A DNA stretch of 64,000 nucleotides from Phaeosaccion multiseriatum (lineage: Eukaryota; Protista; Ochrophyta, other classes), in contig OZ218962.1 of NCBI GenBank assembly GCA_965112735.1, positions 1-64,000 on the forward strand, read 5' to 3'. A program made the position numbers and the translations under genes. Position 1 is the stretch's first letter. Each line of letters starts with the position of its first letter. Below, one piece after another: positions 47,231 through 59,826 of this stretch. Under the pieces are notes generated by a model that was given only the letters and a program-made list of their open reading frames with translations, was not told the origin of the DNA and made no database searches.

Positions 47231-49151
47231 TCAGCAGGATCTGTCCTCCGAGATGCCTGAGATGGCCTGGAAGGTGCTGCCGAGCCACGGCAGCAAAGGC
47301 GACGCGTTGGCCACCCGCTTGAGCTGCCGAGCCATGACGCGCGCCCACAGAGCCAGCAGCTCCGCCCCCATGTACAGCTTCCAAGCAGAGACGACCACCA
47401 ACACGCCAAGCAGCAGCTGCACGCACCGCAGCGCCGCCAGGGGCGCCGCCAGAGCTCCTTGAGACGCCCTCTTGTGTTCCGCGGTGTGCATGGAGCGCTT
47501 GTACCAGCCCACCATGTCCCTGGTCACGAGCTCCGGCGTCTGCCCGAGCACCTTGTTTCGGCCCTGCCTGCCAAGTGTCAGGCGGAAGGCGGGGTCGTCC
47601 CTCAGACGCTGCAGGGCGGTGACTGCCTGTCCGTCCGTCTCGAACAGCAGCCCGTCCTTCCCGTCGCTCACTGTGTCTGCGAAGCCCTGCGTGCGCGGCA
47701 CCACTGCGGGGATGCCGCTGGCGTGTGCCTCCAGCACAGTGTTGCCGAGCGTCTCGAAGTGCGAGCAGGACGCGTGCACGTCGGCAGAGGCGTAGAAGGC
47801 CGGCAGCTCATCATGGCCGAGGAAGCCCGGCACACAGTGCAGGCGGTTGGCCTCCCCGTGCTGCGCCGCGAGATGAGCCCCCATGGGCCCGTCCCCCACA
47901 ATGGCGAGGAAGCAGCCCTCCACCCTCCTGCACACGGCCACAAGCTTGTCCAGCCCCTTCTCGGGCCCAAGCCGCCCAACGAAGAGCACGAGCAGCGCGT
48001 CGGGGTGTCCGAAGGTGAGGCTCCTCCTCGTGTCCTCGCAGCGCCTCTCGGGGGTGAAGTTGTGCACCTGCACGCCCGTCTGGAGCACGAAGTCGCACGG
48101 GGCGCCTTGCTGCTTGAGCTTGGCAAGGAAGGAGCGGGAGGTGGTGGCCACTGAGTCCAGCCACTGCGCCTCCATCTTCTCCTTCAACATGGCCAGCCAG
48201 CACATCGCGTCGCACAGGGGCGTCTTGTTGACAGAGCGAAGGAGAACGGGTAAGTCTGTGTGGATGGAGCCCACGCAGGGGATGCGCAGCAGCTTGCACG
48301 CCAACCCGAAGGAGAGCGACAGCGCGTCCACCGTGACGTGCACAAGCTCGGGCCGCTCTCTCTTGAGCGCGCTCCATATGGTCCTCATGTTGCGCAGAGA
48401 GGGGGCCGCCACCTTCTTGGACGGGTACAGGGGGAGGAAGGCAGACTCCAGGTACACGTACTTGAAGCGCGGGGCGGGCGCGGTGGGAGCTGCGGTGGGG
48501 GGTCCTCTCCCTCCTCTCCCTCCTGCGCCTCGGGGGCTCCGACTGGGTGTGCTGGGTGGCGAGGGAAAGTACGCTGCTCCGCCTGCTGCTTTGAGAGGTG
48601 CTGCCGGCGCTGGACGGCCTTCTGAGTCGACTATGGAGATGGGCGATACGCACTGCACGCTGTCGCCAAGTCTGGTTGGAGGCTCTGGATGGGGCATACC
48701 CTTCTCGAGTTCGGGCTCCTTCTCCAGCGTGAAGACAACCACCTAGCAAGGAGAGACGGGGTCGGGGAACAGACAGAAAGAGGGGGAGAGGGGAGAAAGA
48801 AGGAGAGAGAGGAAGAGGGCGAGAGATGATAGAGAGGGGCGGACAGAGAAAAGAGAGGGTGGGGGGGGGGGGAGACAGAGAAAGAGAGAGAGGAAGGAAG
48901 AGGGGGAGAGAGGGAGAGAGAGAAAGTACCAGTGAGTGTGGCGCGCGGACCAACCATTTTTCGAACGCGTTTCCTTCCTCGCGAGATGCATCACCGGGGC
49001 AGGAAGTGAGGGCACACACCACGTGGAAGGGTTAGGGCTAGTTGCCTACCTCGTGTCCGGCGTTGTACAGCTCAAACAAGATATCGGTGAAGCGCCGACA
49101 CACGCCATCCACCTGCGGAGGGAGGCTGTGTGTGTACACCGCGATCTTCAT
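47231..49151 (-). CDS. GT4 glycosyltransferase, sulfoquinovosyltransferase SQD2 / MgtA-like
   Basis: Exon 1 (49151-49050) 'MKIAVYTHSLPPQVDGVCRRF..L...GHE'. Exon 2 has 'HTD', 'LFVGRLGPEKG', 'LAIVGDGP', 'ETLGNTVLEAHASG' (EX7E). Confidence 0.9.
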
Positions 49152-49575
49152 GCCTGCCTGCCCTTAGACTAGCCGTGGAGCCCGCCTTCCCCTTCTCTAT
49201 GTGTCAAGAATTTGTCTTAGTGAGCGGGAATACCGCTACTCCCGCTGCTGCTCGCGATGCTTGCCCCTGTTCCAGTTGCGTCCTAATCTCTGTGCTAATG
49301 CAGCCCTGCGAAGGCTCATCATCCCATAAAGGGGCGCTTTTGAAGGTTTGATTCGCGGAGCATCCGGAGGAGAAAGCGAAATTTAATCCGTAAAGTGCCA
49401 TCCCTCAAAACTCGATTCTACGTTCTAATGAGTACTACATTTTAAGGCCCCCCCCCGGCGAGCTGTTTCCCTGGAGGACAAGCCCGCTCCAGGCTCCAGG
49501 CGTATCTCGCACGTGTAGTGCCATTGGTCGCCCCTGGCCCCTGGCTTGATATGACCCATGGAGGATGCGCATCCT

Positions 49576-51894
49576 TCAGTCTGTGGCGCCGTACAAGGCA
49601 TTGATGGTACCGGAGCCGCCGCTCTCCGTCTCCCTCTCCCTCTCCCCCGCGAGGAGTCTGCCCTCCCCCTCCTGCCCACTGCCCGCCTCTCCCTCGGCGG
49701 CCACCCTCGGAGAGCTCTTCCCTTCGGCACTCAGTCTCTGACTCTGGCTCTGCCTCCTCCTCCGCCTCCGCCTTTCCCTCAGGCAGGAGCGCACCAAGGG
49801 CGGGACGTACACCACGAGCACCCACACCACGCCAGCGGCCACAGCGAGCAGCGCCGCCCCCAGTGCCCACCTCGACCACCACAATGCGTCCCTCCTCGCC
49901 CCCCCCTCCTCGCCCCCCAGCTGCAGGAAGCCACCCCTGCCGTGCCAGTCCCCGCCGCTGCACTCGCCTGTGCACGCGAAGCCGATGCGCAGGTTCTCCA
50001 CGTCGAACACGGAGTAGTAGGCCTGCAGGAACACGTCCCCGAGGATCCAGTAGCGGCCCCCGAAGGATGGCTGCAACTTGATGAGGCATTCCCCGAAGCG
50101 CGAGCAGACCACGTAGTCCTCCGCGCGGATGGGAAACACATTGTCCGGGTACACGCCGAACAGGAGAGAGGGGAAGGCGCTCTCGTCCACGCCGAAGCAG
50201 GAGGTGCCCCTGCAGTCCAGGCCCTGCGTGATGACCATGAGCACGTCGACAAACAGGTCCTCGGGGATGGCGATGCCACTCGTGCCTGTGTCCACGATGG
50301 CCACGCAGCTGTTGTCTTCACACGCCCTGGCGGAAACCTTCTGCGGCGCCCCGGAGGAGCTGGAGGAGGTCGTGGAGGACTGCCCAAGTGCAGGCACACA
50401 CACGTAAGCATTAGGTAAGTACTAGTTAAATACTTCGTAGTACTAAGGAGGGAGCTCGTCCATGCACCGACGACTAACCTGTGCGGAGTGCGAGAAGGAT
50501 ATGTCAATGGAGGTGATGGCCACGGTCCAGTAGCGCAGCTGTCCGAAGCTGTGCCTCACCAGGGGCGTGTATTGCCAGGACGCGTTGGGACTCACAAGGC
50601 CGAGGTCGTAGGCGCCGAAGGCCTGATGGGGAGGGGAGAGGAGGGAAGGGGTCGGAAAACCACAGATGAGGGGGTTGGACAGATGAGGGGGTTGGACAGA
50701 TGAGGGGGTTGGACAGATGAGGGGGTTGGACAGATGAGGGGGTTGGACAGGGCAAGACAGCCCAGGGCCTCTCCCTCCTCTCAGCTTGACGCCTTACAAT
50801 GTGGGACGGCTTGTCCTCGTCCAGCGGGTCATTGGATAAATACACGCTGAACAGGAAGGGCACGTCCGGGTAAGTGGCGTGCAGCAGCTCCAGCAGAGTC
50901 GGTGTCGTCACCATGCTCAGGCCTGGGGGGGGGGGGATATGTATGGGTTCCAGTTCCAGCAGCAGTTGGTGATACTTCAGTCTACTTTGTGTCACAGCAG
51001 AGAGAGAGCGCAGCAAGCCCCCCCCGGTCCCTCACCATAGCACTCACCAGAGAATCCCAGGCCCGCGATGCCGTCCATCATGAAGGAGCGTATCTGCTGG
51101 TCCTCGAACATGACCTCCCCGAAGCTCACCCCCTCAAGGGTCAGCCCCTCACCGAGCGTGCACTGGTCCCGCGCCGTGAAGCCCTGCACCAAGCCGCTGC
51201 CGTAGTCCACCTCGAACATGCGGCGCTGGCCGTCGCCCCCTAGCAACATCTCGTACGTGTCGCTGCGGGCGCTGTCGAAGGTGGCGTGGTTGCCGCAGGC
51301 AGTGCAGCCCTTGCCGGGGATCCACAAGTCGCTGCTGCCCGTGTCCAGCACCACGCTGAGCATCTGCGGCGGGGAGCCCACGCCCACGTCCCCCACGTAC
51401 TGGCTGTTATAGTAGTCGGCCAGCCGCACCTTGCCCAGCTCGCTGTCCCCCACGCGGGCCCCTTCCCCGACCCGGACGTCCTCCTCCGCCGGCTTCTGCC
51501 CCTCCTCCTCCTCCTCCTCCTCCTCCTCCTCCTGTTGCTGCTCCTGCCGCCGCTGCTGCTGCTCCCTATCCTTTTCCTGCCCTCCTTCCCACGTCAAAGG
51601 GTCCCCTGCACTGCCGCTCGCCGGATGCTGCAACCTCCTCCTCCTCCTCCCCCTCCGCACGCCCTGAGCCGTTACCTCCACGCCAGTCTCGTACCCTCGC
51701 TCAGGGCCATCACTCGCAACTACCTCAGGCGCTGAACCGGCCCGTACTCCTCTCTCTACGGTCCCTGCTCGCCGCTGGCGCCTCAGGGGGATGAACGCCC
51801 CCCCTCCCCCCGGCGTAGCGCTGCCTCCACAGTCACTGCTCGAGGCTGCCGTCTCCGCCGCTCCACCCCCCTCCTCCGCCACATGCCACCTCAT
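49576..51894 (-). CDS. Pepsin-family (A1) aspartic protease with C-terminal transmembrane helix
   Basis: Two catalytic motifs 'VVLDTGSSDLW' and 'AIVDTGTS', plus 'YGSG', 'DGIAGLGF', 'WILGDVFLQAYYSVFD'. TM 'WALGAALLAVAAGVVWVLVVYVP'. Start uncertain. Confidence 0.92.
50662..50749. repeat. Intronic 17-bp tandem repeat (ACAGATGAGGGGGTTGG) x5
   Basis: Direct observation. Confidence 0.95.
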
Positions 51895-52424
51895 CGCACC
51901 CCCTCCCTCGCCTCTCCTCCCACTACAGCGCCCTTGGTATTGCTGCGCTGTTATCAGAAAGCCAATGCACCTCTCTTCTGTTGTTGCTCTTGCCTCCCCT
52001 TGTACGGCCCTTTTGCTCCGGCTATTGCCTCAGACACGGCCTCATCCTCCTCGACTTCTCTCCCACTCCAAGCAGCTTCAGCTTCGGGGAAGGTGTCCAC
52101 AGTTAGAGTCGCGAGCCGTAACCTACGATGGTAATTGTATGTAGCGCAAAAAAAAGTAGACAAAGGTGGGTTGAGGACAATCAGATGGCACCAGACGGGA
52201 GGAACGATGCTCCCAACGATCAAAACAGCGGGCGCGGAGCCGAGGACGAAGATAGAGAAAGACATGACGAATAAAGCGTAGCGAGCAGTGGGATATTGAT
52301 GCAGGGGATGTAGTGTGCGCAAGCGGCGGAAGAGGAGGATGCAAAGGAAGTGAATAGAAGGCAGTTTGAAAAAAGTTAAACCCGGCGGGGGGGTGGGGTG
52401 ATTGCGTCAATCGAGGGCGGAACC

Positions 52425-55400
52425 ATGCTCCCGGAAGTGTTCGAGGCCCTGGTGGAGGGACCCTCCGGCAGTGTCTTTCTCCCCACGCTCAAGCAGATCG
52501 TCGTTCTGATCCTGCTGCTCCTTCTCCTCAGCTGGGGAAGATGGGGAAGAGCGGGGGAGGAGGAGACCAATGACGCCACCGATATGTCGTGGTGGGAGCA
52601 GGAGGTGGAGCGGATGCCCCACAAGCAGCTGGTAATCCCCCCGTCCTCCTGCGCCCTGGTGAGGGGCGCCTCCGGGGGGCTGCAGGTCCACGCGGCGTCG
52701 CTCTCAACGCGCTCGTACGGCCTCGCCAAAGAGGTGACCTCGTACACACTGGCAAAACTCAAGGGGGTCAAGGGGGGCAAGAGCAAGGGAGAGCAGGCCG
52801 GAGGCGGGGCCGGCCCGGAGAGAGAGGAAGAAGCGGAGGGGTCCCAGGGAGGGGGGCAAGGGAAGGCGGAAGTCGGGAAGAACGTCAATCGGCTCAGCAG
52901 TAGCGGTAGCGGCAGTAGCAGCAGCATCAGCAGCAGCGGCAGCAGCGGCACCGGCGGCGCCAGCGGCAGCAGCAGCACTTGCAGCAAATACGGTGGCGGG
53001 GGTGCGAAGGAGGAGCGGCGGAATCGAAGCAAGAGCAGCGGTGCACTCAGCCAGCTCGGGACGGACCAGCCACAGCCAGGTGGCAAGGCGGGCCGGAAGC
53101 GCTCCCTGCCTCTAAAGCCCCATCACACGGATTCGCGATCGGCGGGAGACTGCTGCCCCCTCACCCCCACTTCCTCCCCCAAGATGACCCGCGCCAGCAG
53201 GAACAACTCGGATGTGCTCACAGTGTCAGAAACCGGAGGGGCCCTTGGCCGCGTGGTGGGGCTCGTGGCGGGATCCCGGGAGGTAGCGACCAAGGAGAAG
53301 GGCGCCGCCGCCGTGAAGCCGCCCGTGGCGAGGGTGGCGGGGCCCGACGGACGCTCCTACGTCATATCCGCACTGCCCTCCGAGGCCACCCCGCTGCTCG
53401 TGTTCGTCAACAGCAAGAGCGGCGCCACGCAGGGCAAGGTGCTAATCCACCAGCTGCGAAGGCTGCTCAACCCGCTGCAGGTGGTCGACGTCACGGTGCA
53501 GAAACCGGAGGTGAGGAGTCGGGGGGCGGAACATGTTGTGGTCGACGAAGTGCGAAGGGCAAAGGACTTGCTCTCACTCCCCTCCCTCTCCCTCTTGTTT
53601 GTGGCCTTCTCTAGGCGGTGCTGGAGGCGTTCGGTCGCTTGGCGCGGCTGCGGCTCCTCGTGTGCGGGGGGGACGGGACTGTGGGCTGGATCCTGACACT
53701 CGTTGACGACCTCGTGAAGCAGGACAGGCTGCGCTGCAAGCCCCCCATGGCGGTGCTGCCCCTGGGCACCGGCAACGACCTCGCTCGGGTGCTGGGCTGG
53801 GGAGGGGGGTACACGAGCAAGGACAGTCTGCAGGAAGTGCTCACAGATGTCAGCATGGCACACGTCATGCTGCTGGACAGGTGGAGCGTGGACATTCAGC
53901 AGACACAGGCCAGCCCACAGGGCACGGACAGGAAGCAGCGGGGGTCTGGGGGGGGCAGCGGCGGCAATGGGAAGGGCAGCAGCAGGGGCGGCAGGGGAGG
54001 GAAGCACCAGCACAAGAGGAAAGGCGGGGGGAAGGATGGCGGTGCGGCCGAGGACAGCACTAAGGCGAGCACTAAGGCGAGCACCAAGGCCAGCAGTGTG
54101 CGTGTGCGCTCCTTCAACAACTACTTGGGCATTGGGGTGGATGCCCAAGCAGCCCTGCGCTTCCACCACCTGCGAGAGACGAGGCCGCAGCTGTTCTTCA
54201 GCAGAGTCCTCAACAAGATCTGTGAGTGAGGGGGGTAGTGCTCTGTCTGCGAATGAGTCGCTGAGCATTCAGAGGCCGCCCTGCCCCTACCCCTTTTCCC
54301 TTCCCCTTGCATGTGTGCTATTGTTAAGCCGCCGTGGAGTTCTACTCCTACTAGTAGGACTTCATCGTTTGCTACTGCCAGACTACTGCCAGACTACTGC
54401 CAGACTGGTAGTGTTAGACTGGTACAGTACAGTAGTGTTGTTACACCCGCTTGTTTGTGCAGGCCTGCCTGCTTGCCCTCCGGACCGCCTGCGAGTGCTC
54501 ACCGCCCTCCCCCCCCCCCATCCCTCCCTCTCCTCTCCCTTCCCCCGGCCCCTCAGGGTACTCCATCCTCGGCACGCAAGAGGTGCGTCGCGGCTGCTGT
54601 GTGCACCGCCTTCCACTGCCATCCACTGCCATCCATGCCGCATCGACTCCGTGTGTGTCCTAACTTCCTTCCTCCCGTCTGCCCATATGCCTGCCCATTG
54701 TCCCTGCAGATGTTCCGCCGCAGCTGCGTGGAGCTGAGGGGGCATGTGACGTTCACCGCGGACGGGGTGGAGGTGCCCATTCCCCCGGGGGTGCAGGGCC
54801 TCGTGTTCCTCAACATCGCCAGCTACGGAGGGGGCGTCAAGATGTGGCACAAGCACAGCCGGGACATAAGCGGCAGCGGCAGCGGCAGGGGCAGGGGCAG
54901 CGCGAGTCATGGAGGCAGCGGGGCTGGAGATGGGGAGGGCGAGAGGGACGAACGGTGCGGCTCTGGGCTTAGGTTAGGGCTCGGCCTCCCTGCCTTGTGT
55001 GACGCGGCGGCTGCGGCTTGCTATGGCCTGGCCCGCTTCGGCAGGACCCTGGTGGGGCCTGTGGCTGAGGGAGAGACTAGCAGGAGCGGTGAGAGGGGCC
55101 GCATCCACAGCCGTTCACTGCTGGAGAGGAGCGTCAGCCCCAGCCCTGCCCCAAGCGATGGATCGGGCAACGGCTCCGACGACAGCTGTGGTGACTTGCT
55201 GCTGCCTCTGGACCAGACAAGCTCCATGCAGGATGGAGTGCTCGACGTGGTGGCTATCAAGGTGGGCAGAGGCGTATGGGCAGGGCGGGCAGAGCAGTGC
55301 CCATGCCCTGCTGTGAAGTGATGTCAAGTCTCTCCTTTCGTCTCTGTCCTTCCCAACACGCACACGTCTTCCATCTTCCTTCTACCCTCATGCCATCCCG

Positions 55401-55986
55401 TCCGTACCCATCCCACCCCCAACACCTCCATCTTCCTTGCCAGGGCGTGTTCCACCTGGGGCAGCTGCAGGCAGGCCTCAGCCACGCAGTCAAGATCTGC
55501 CAGTGCAGAACCGCCACTGTTAGCACCACACGCAGCCAGGTCAGTGCCCAGTCAGAAGCCCTCAGTGAGAGGTGCTCAGAAGGACCAGGGCAGCCTCTGG
55601 GAGAAGAGAGAGCTTCGCCTGCTGCTGCTGTTGGCCTCCTGTGTCGGTGACCGAGTGCAACTCTGACGCCGCCCATTGACTGCCATCCAACCCCCCCCTC
55701 CGCAGGCCATGCACGTGGACGGGGAGCCTTGGGGGCAGAGCCCGATGGTGATGCGCATCCAAGCCAAGGACGCCAAGGCCGTCATGCTGAGGAAGACGGA
55801 TGTGCAGGGAGGGCCCATGGCTAAGGAGGTCATGCACGTGCTGGACTGGGCACTGGACAGGCACGTCATCAGCCCAGAGGTGCAGATGCAGCTGCTGCAG
55901 GAGCTCAGCAAGCGGATGGAGGTGTTGGGGGAGGAGAACGACGCTTCCGGCCACCACGCTTCCGGCCACCACCACCACCACGGGAT

Positions 55987-56022
<36 letters not shown>

Positions 56023-56086
56023 GTCGCACCGCCGCCATCGGAGCAGGAGCAGCAGCGCGGCAGATGCCCTTCGCAGCGGCACTTAG
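52425..56086 (+). CDS. DGK: Diacylglycerol kinase with N-terminal hydrophobic anchor
   Basis: 'PLLVFVNSKSG', 'LVCGGDGTVGW', 'LPLGTGNDLARVLGWG', 'FNNYLGIGVDA', 'LNIASYGGG', 'DGVLDVV', 'MHVDGEPW'. Confidence 0.95.
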
Positions 56087-56794
56087 CGCCTTTCTTCCCT
56101 TTCGTGAGAGATCACGCAAGAGGGGGAGAGGGTTAGAGCTTGCAGCCACGGGCCGTTACTTGTACTACTAGTAGTCAGATTTAAGAGGGGGAACTTCCCC
56201 TTGGGGAGCGTTTGGAGCGAAACGAGGGGAGAGGGGAAGCGTGCGGGGGATGGGGAATTCATTCATTCGTCCCACACCTTCCAAGCAAAAGAGGCCCGTT
56301 TTCAGTTTTTTCAGTTCAGTTTTTAGTTTATGTGACCTTAAATGGAGTCGATACCGAAGCTTCTGTGTCTGTACCATGGCTTGTTTCCATTGAAAAAAAT
56401 AAATAAACAAACAAACAAAAAAACAGTACTGCTTCTTAGTAAATTTGGTAAAGTTGTCGTGTTGGTTGTCCGCCTTCCATTTGTAACCCATCTGATTTTG
56501 ACTTGCTTGACGAGCGAGCAGAGGATTCATCTTTTTTGAAGCCACCACACCAAGATACACCACTACCTCTGCAGAGTGCTCTTGCTCCATCCTCCAAAGC
56601 GGCCCTCTGGGGTCTGGGGCGGGGGGCAGAGTGCAGGGGCCGTAAATTGTTTCAAAAGGGGGCCTGAATTTGAAGGGGGGGGGATCGGGGGGGGCGGGGT
56701 TGTTGATGGAAGAGTAAGTAGGGTCCTACAACTGTACCTAGTGCTTGAGGAGCCCGAAAAGAGCTTTTTCCGTACCAAAATATATCTGGGGGGG

Positions 56795-57070
56795 ATGGCG
56801 CCAAGAAAGGGGGGGAAGGGCGCAAAGCGGAAGGGAACGAAAAGAGGCCGAGATGGTGGGGTCGCCTCAGCAAACGCCTCCAGCTCTGCAGCCGCGACCG
56901 CAGCGAATGAGGGGCTGGACGATACCGAAGAGTGGGAGGAAATTCCTCCAGAGCTTCTGTACCCCAGCGCAGATCCGGGCACGGGAATGGGGAATCTGGG
57001 GGCGCTCATGATGCAGCAGCAACAGCAGCAGCTTCTTCAGCAGCAGCTTCAGCAGCAGCAACAGCAGCTT

Positions 57071-57105
<35 letters not shown>

Positions 57106-57362
57106 CCAGGAGGAGGAGGAAGAGAGACGCGTGCGTGTGGCGGGAATGGCAAGGGGTGTCGCGGCCTCCTCTCTGGAGGAGGTGAAGGAGGAGGACGACG
57201 ACTTGGTCCTGCAGCCCCATGAGTCCGAGCTGCCCGTGGTCAAGATGATGAAACCATACGGCTTCCGGCAAGATGAAGTGGTGGGGGCCATTCGGGCTTG
57301 TGGCATTGACTTCGCTGCCATCACAGCAGCAGCGCGGGTGGGAGGAGGGCCCTTACCCCCAC

Positions 57363-57401
<39 letters not shown>

Positions 57402-59232
57402 GAGCAGGAGGAGGAGGAGCAGTGGTAGCCCCAGCCGCAGCCAGCGGGGTGGCGGGGGCAGCAGAGCCCGGGGCGGGGGCGGCGGGGAGCGTGCAGGGGG
57501 CTGCGATGCAGCTCATGCAGGAAGCTGTGAGCAAGCTCCGAGAGCGTCTCTTCTCTCAGCGAGATGCGCAGCACCTGGCGTACCAAACGGACATGGCCCG
57601 CCTTGCATCGGAGGAGAGCGAGCAGGAGGCCGCCCTGCAGAGGGAGATGGCCGCCAACATGCTCAAGGTCATCGGAAACATCGTCGACTTTCCCGCCTTC
57701 AAGGACGTGAGTGCGTTGCTTCCCTTCCCTTTGTTTCGCTTCTGTCCACCGTCCTCTCCTCTCCTCTACCGTTGACGCCTGAGGCAAAACAACACACAGA
57801 CCGAGGAGCGAAGCCCACGCGCAATCACATAGCCCCGCAGCAGGCTCGGCTTGAGCGGCAGGGCCCATGTGTGCCCACCGGGGACTGCTCCACGCACACC
57901 CCTCTGACTCCGTCTGACACCTCTGATTGAGTCCTGACACCTCTGACTGAGTCCGCGACTGTGTACCCCTTCCTTCCCGCCCCCCTCTCCCCCTCTCCCC
58001 CGTGTGTGTGCCCCTCCCCCTTCACCCTACAGTCCATCCTGCTGGACCAGAGTGGGGGCTATCGCCACTTCCGCCACGTCGTGAGGCACATCTCCGTGGA
58101 GGACAACGAGGCGCACCACGAGGCGCAGGAGGAGGGCACTGCGGGGGGGGAGCAAGAGGGGGGGGGGGGCTTGGAGCCGTCAGACGCGCTCAACACATTC
58201 CGAGAGAAGGCCGTGAAGCTTCTGCTTGTAGAGCAGCGCATGGGCAAGTGGTACACACACAACAAGCGCGGCAGGGAGAGATACTTCAACGACCTCGCAG
58301 GTCAGGGGGGAGGAGGGGAAGAAGGGGGAGAGAGCTCTCCAGGGAACAGCCAAGCAAGCTCAGCGCCTTCATCTGCCATGTATACGTGCCCTGTGTTCCC
58401 GGCTGAGCTCAACTTTCCAACTTAACCCCCGCCCTCCTGCCCCTCCTGCCCCTCATTCCCCTCTCCCCGCACCCCCCTCCTTGCAGCACGCATTGAGAGC
58501 AGCTTCGAGGGCATGGGGAAACGCTGCCTACCCAGCGCGGTGCAGCTCAGGAAAGTGGCCTCGCTGCTGGCGGAGGAGGTGCAAGCCCTGGAGGATCTTG
58601 TGTACCTGGGGCAGGACGGGAACATCCCAGAGGTGTTCGTCACTACAGAGGGGGAGGGGGGGCATCAGGCAAACCTTGAGCAGGACGGCCTGGAGATCAC
58701 CAGCGGGCCCTATTTAAGGCCCGTCGGAGGAGGGGGGGGGGAGGGAGAGGGGCGGGGCAGGAAGGGGCGGCGGGGCGTTAGCATCGTCCTCAGCAACGAC
58801 GGTGGAGATGGGAGCGTCCAGCATCAGACCAGCAGCAGCAGCAGCAGCGGCAGCGGCAGCGGTAGCGGTAACCAGAGAAACGGCAGCAGCGGTGGCGAGG
58901 AGGGGGGCGCGGCAGGCACGGCCCCGGGGGGCAGGGAGGAGAGCGGCGGAAGCAGGCATTACGGCCCTCCTCCCCCTCGGGACCACGGCCCTCCTGCGAG
59001 TCGGGGGCTGAACGGAAAGGGGTGTATTGGGGGGTGTATTGGGGGGTGTATTGGGGGGTGTAGTGGGGGGTGTAGTGGGGGGTGTAGTGGGGGGTGTAGT
59101 GGGGGGTGTAGTGGGGGGTGTAGTGGGGCGGCGGGGGGGGCGGGGGGGGCGAGCTTCTCGGGGGGGAGCTCCACCCCCCTGCTGTTCGCACCACCGCCCC
59201 CCGCGGTGGAGGTGGTGGTCATCGACGACTGA
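56795..59232 (+). CDS. Hypothetical nuclear protein (basic N-terminus, polyQ, UBA-like segment, C-terminal SIM-like motif)
   Basis: Three exons ~56795-57706, 58033-58300, 58487-59232 with GT-AG borders. No family recognised. Confidence 0.65.
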
Positions 59233-59826
59233 CGGATGATGGCAGCTGACGGCAGCTGATGGCAGCTGATGGCAGTTGACAGCAGGCACGGCAGCGCTTG
59301 CTCCCGGCCGCACCCCGAGGGGGAGAACAGTCCTGCCGCTCATGGATGCCAGCGGATGGCAGCGGAGGGTCGCCCTCCGGTGCTCCCTCTAAAGGGATTA
59401 ACGGACTCGCGACAGCCCAACCACAGCCCAACCACAGCCCACACCGCAACCCCGGGGGGCGGCAGGAGGGCGCGGGAGGCAGAGAGGAGCATTCTTCAAG
59501 GCCTTGCCCACCAACAACACGCGTTGGTTCACCAGTAGGCCAGCGCCCCGTATCTGTGAGCGCAGCACCTCCATGCGTGGAGCAGAGCAGCGGCTATGCA
59601 TGACGTGTCCAGTGGAATGGGATTGGATGGGATGGGACGTTTGACTACAACAAGAGAGAAGGTGTAGGTCGCTAGGACTCGAGCTTGATTCATTTTATTG
59701 TAAATGAAGCGATTGACTATACTTAGCTGCTAGCAGCTAGCAGGTAGCAGGAGTCAGAGAGAGAAGCTCTTGCCCATACCCCTACCGCTGTGCCATCACT
59801 CACAGCTCACTGGAACTGAAATTACT

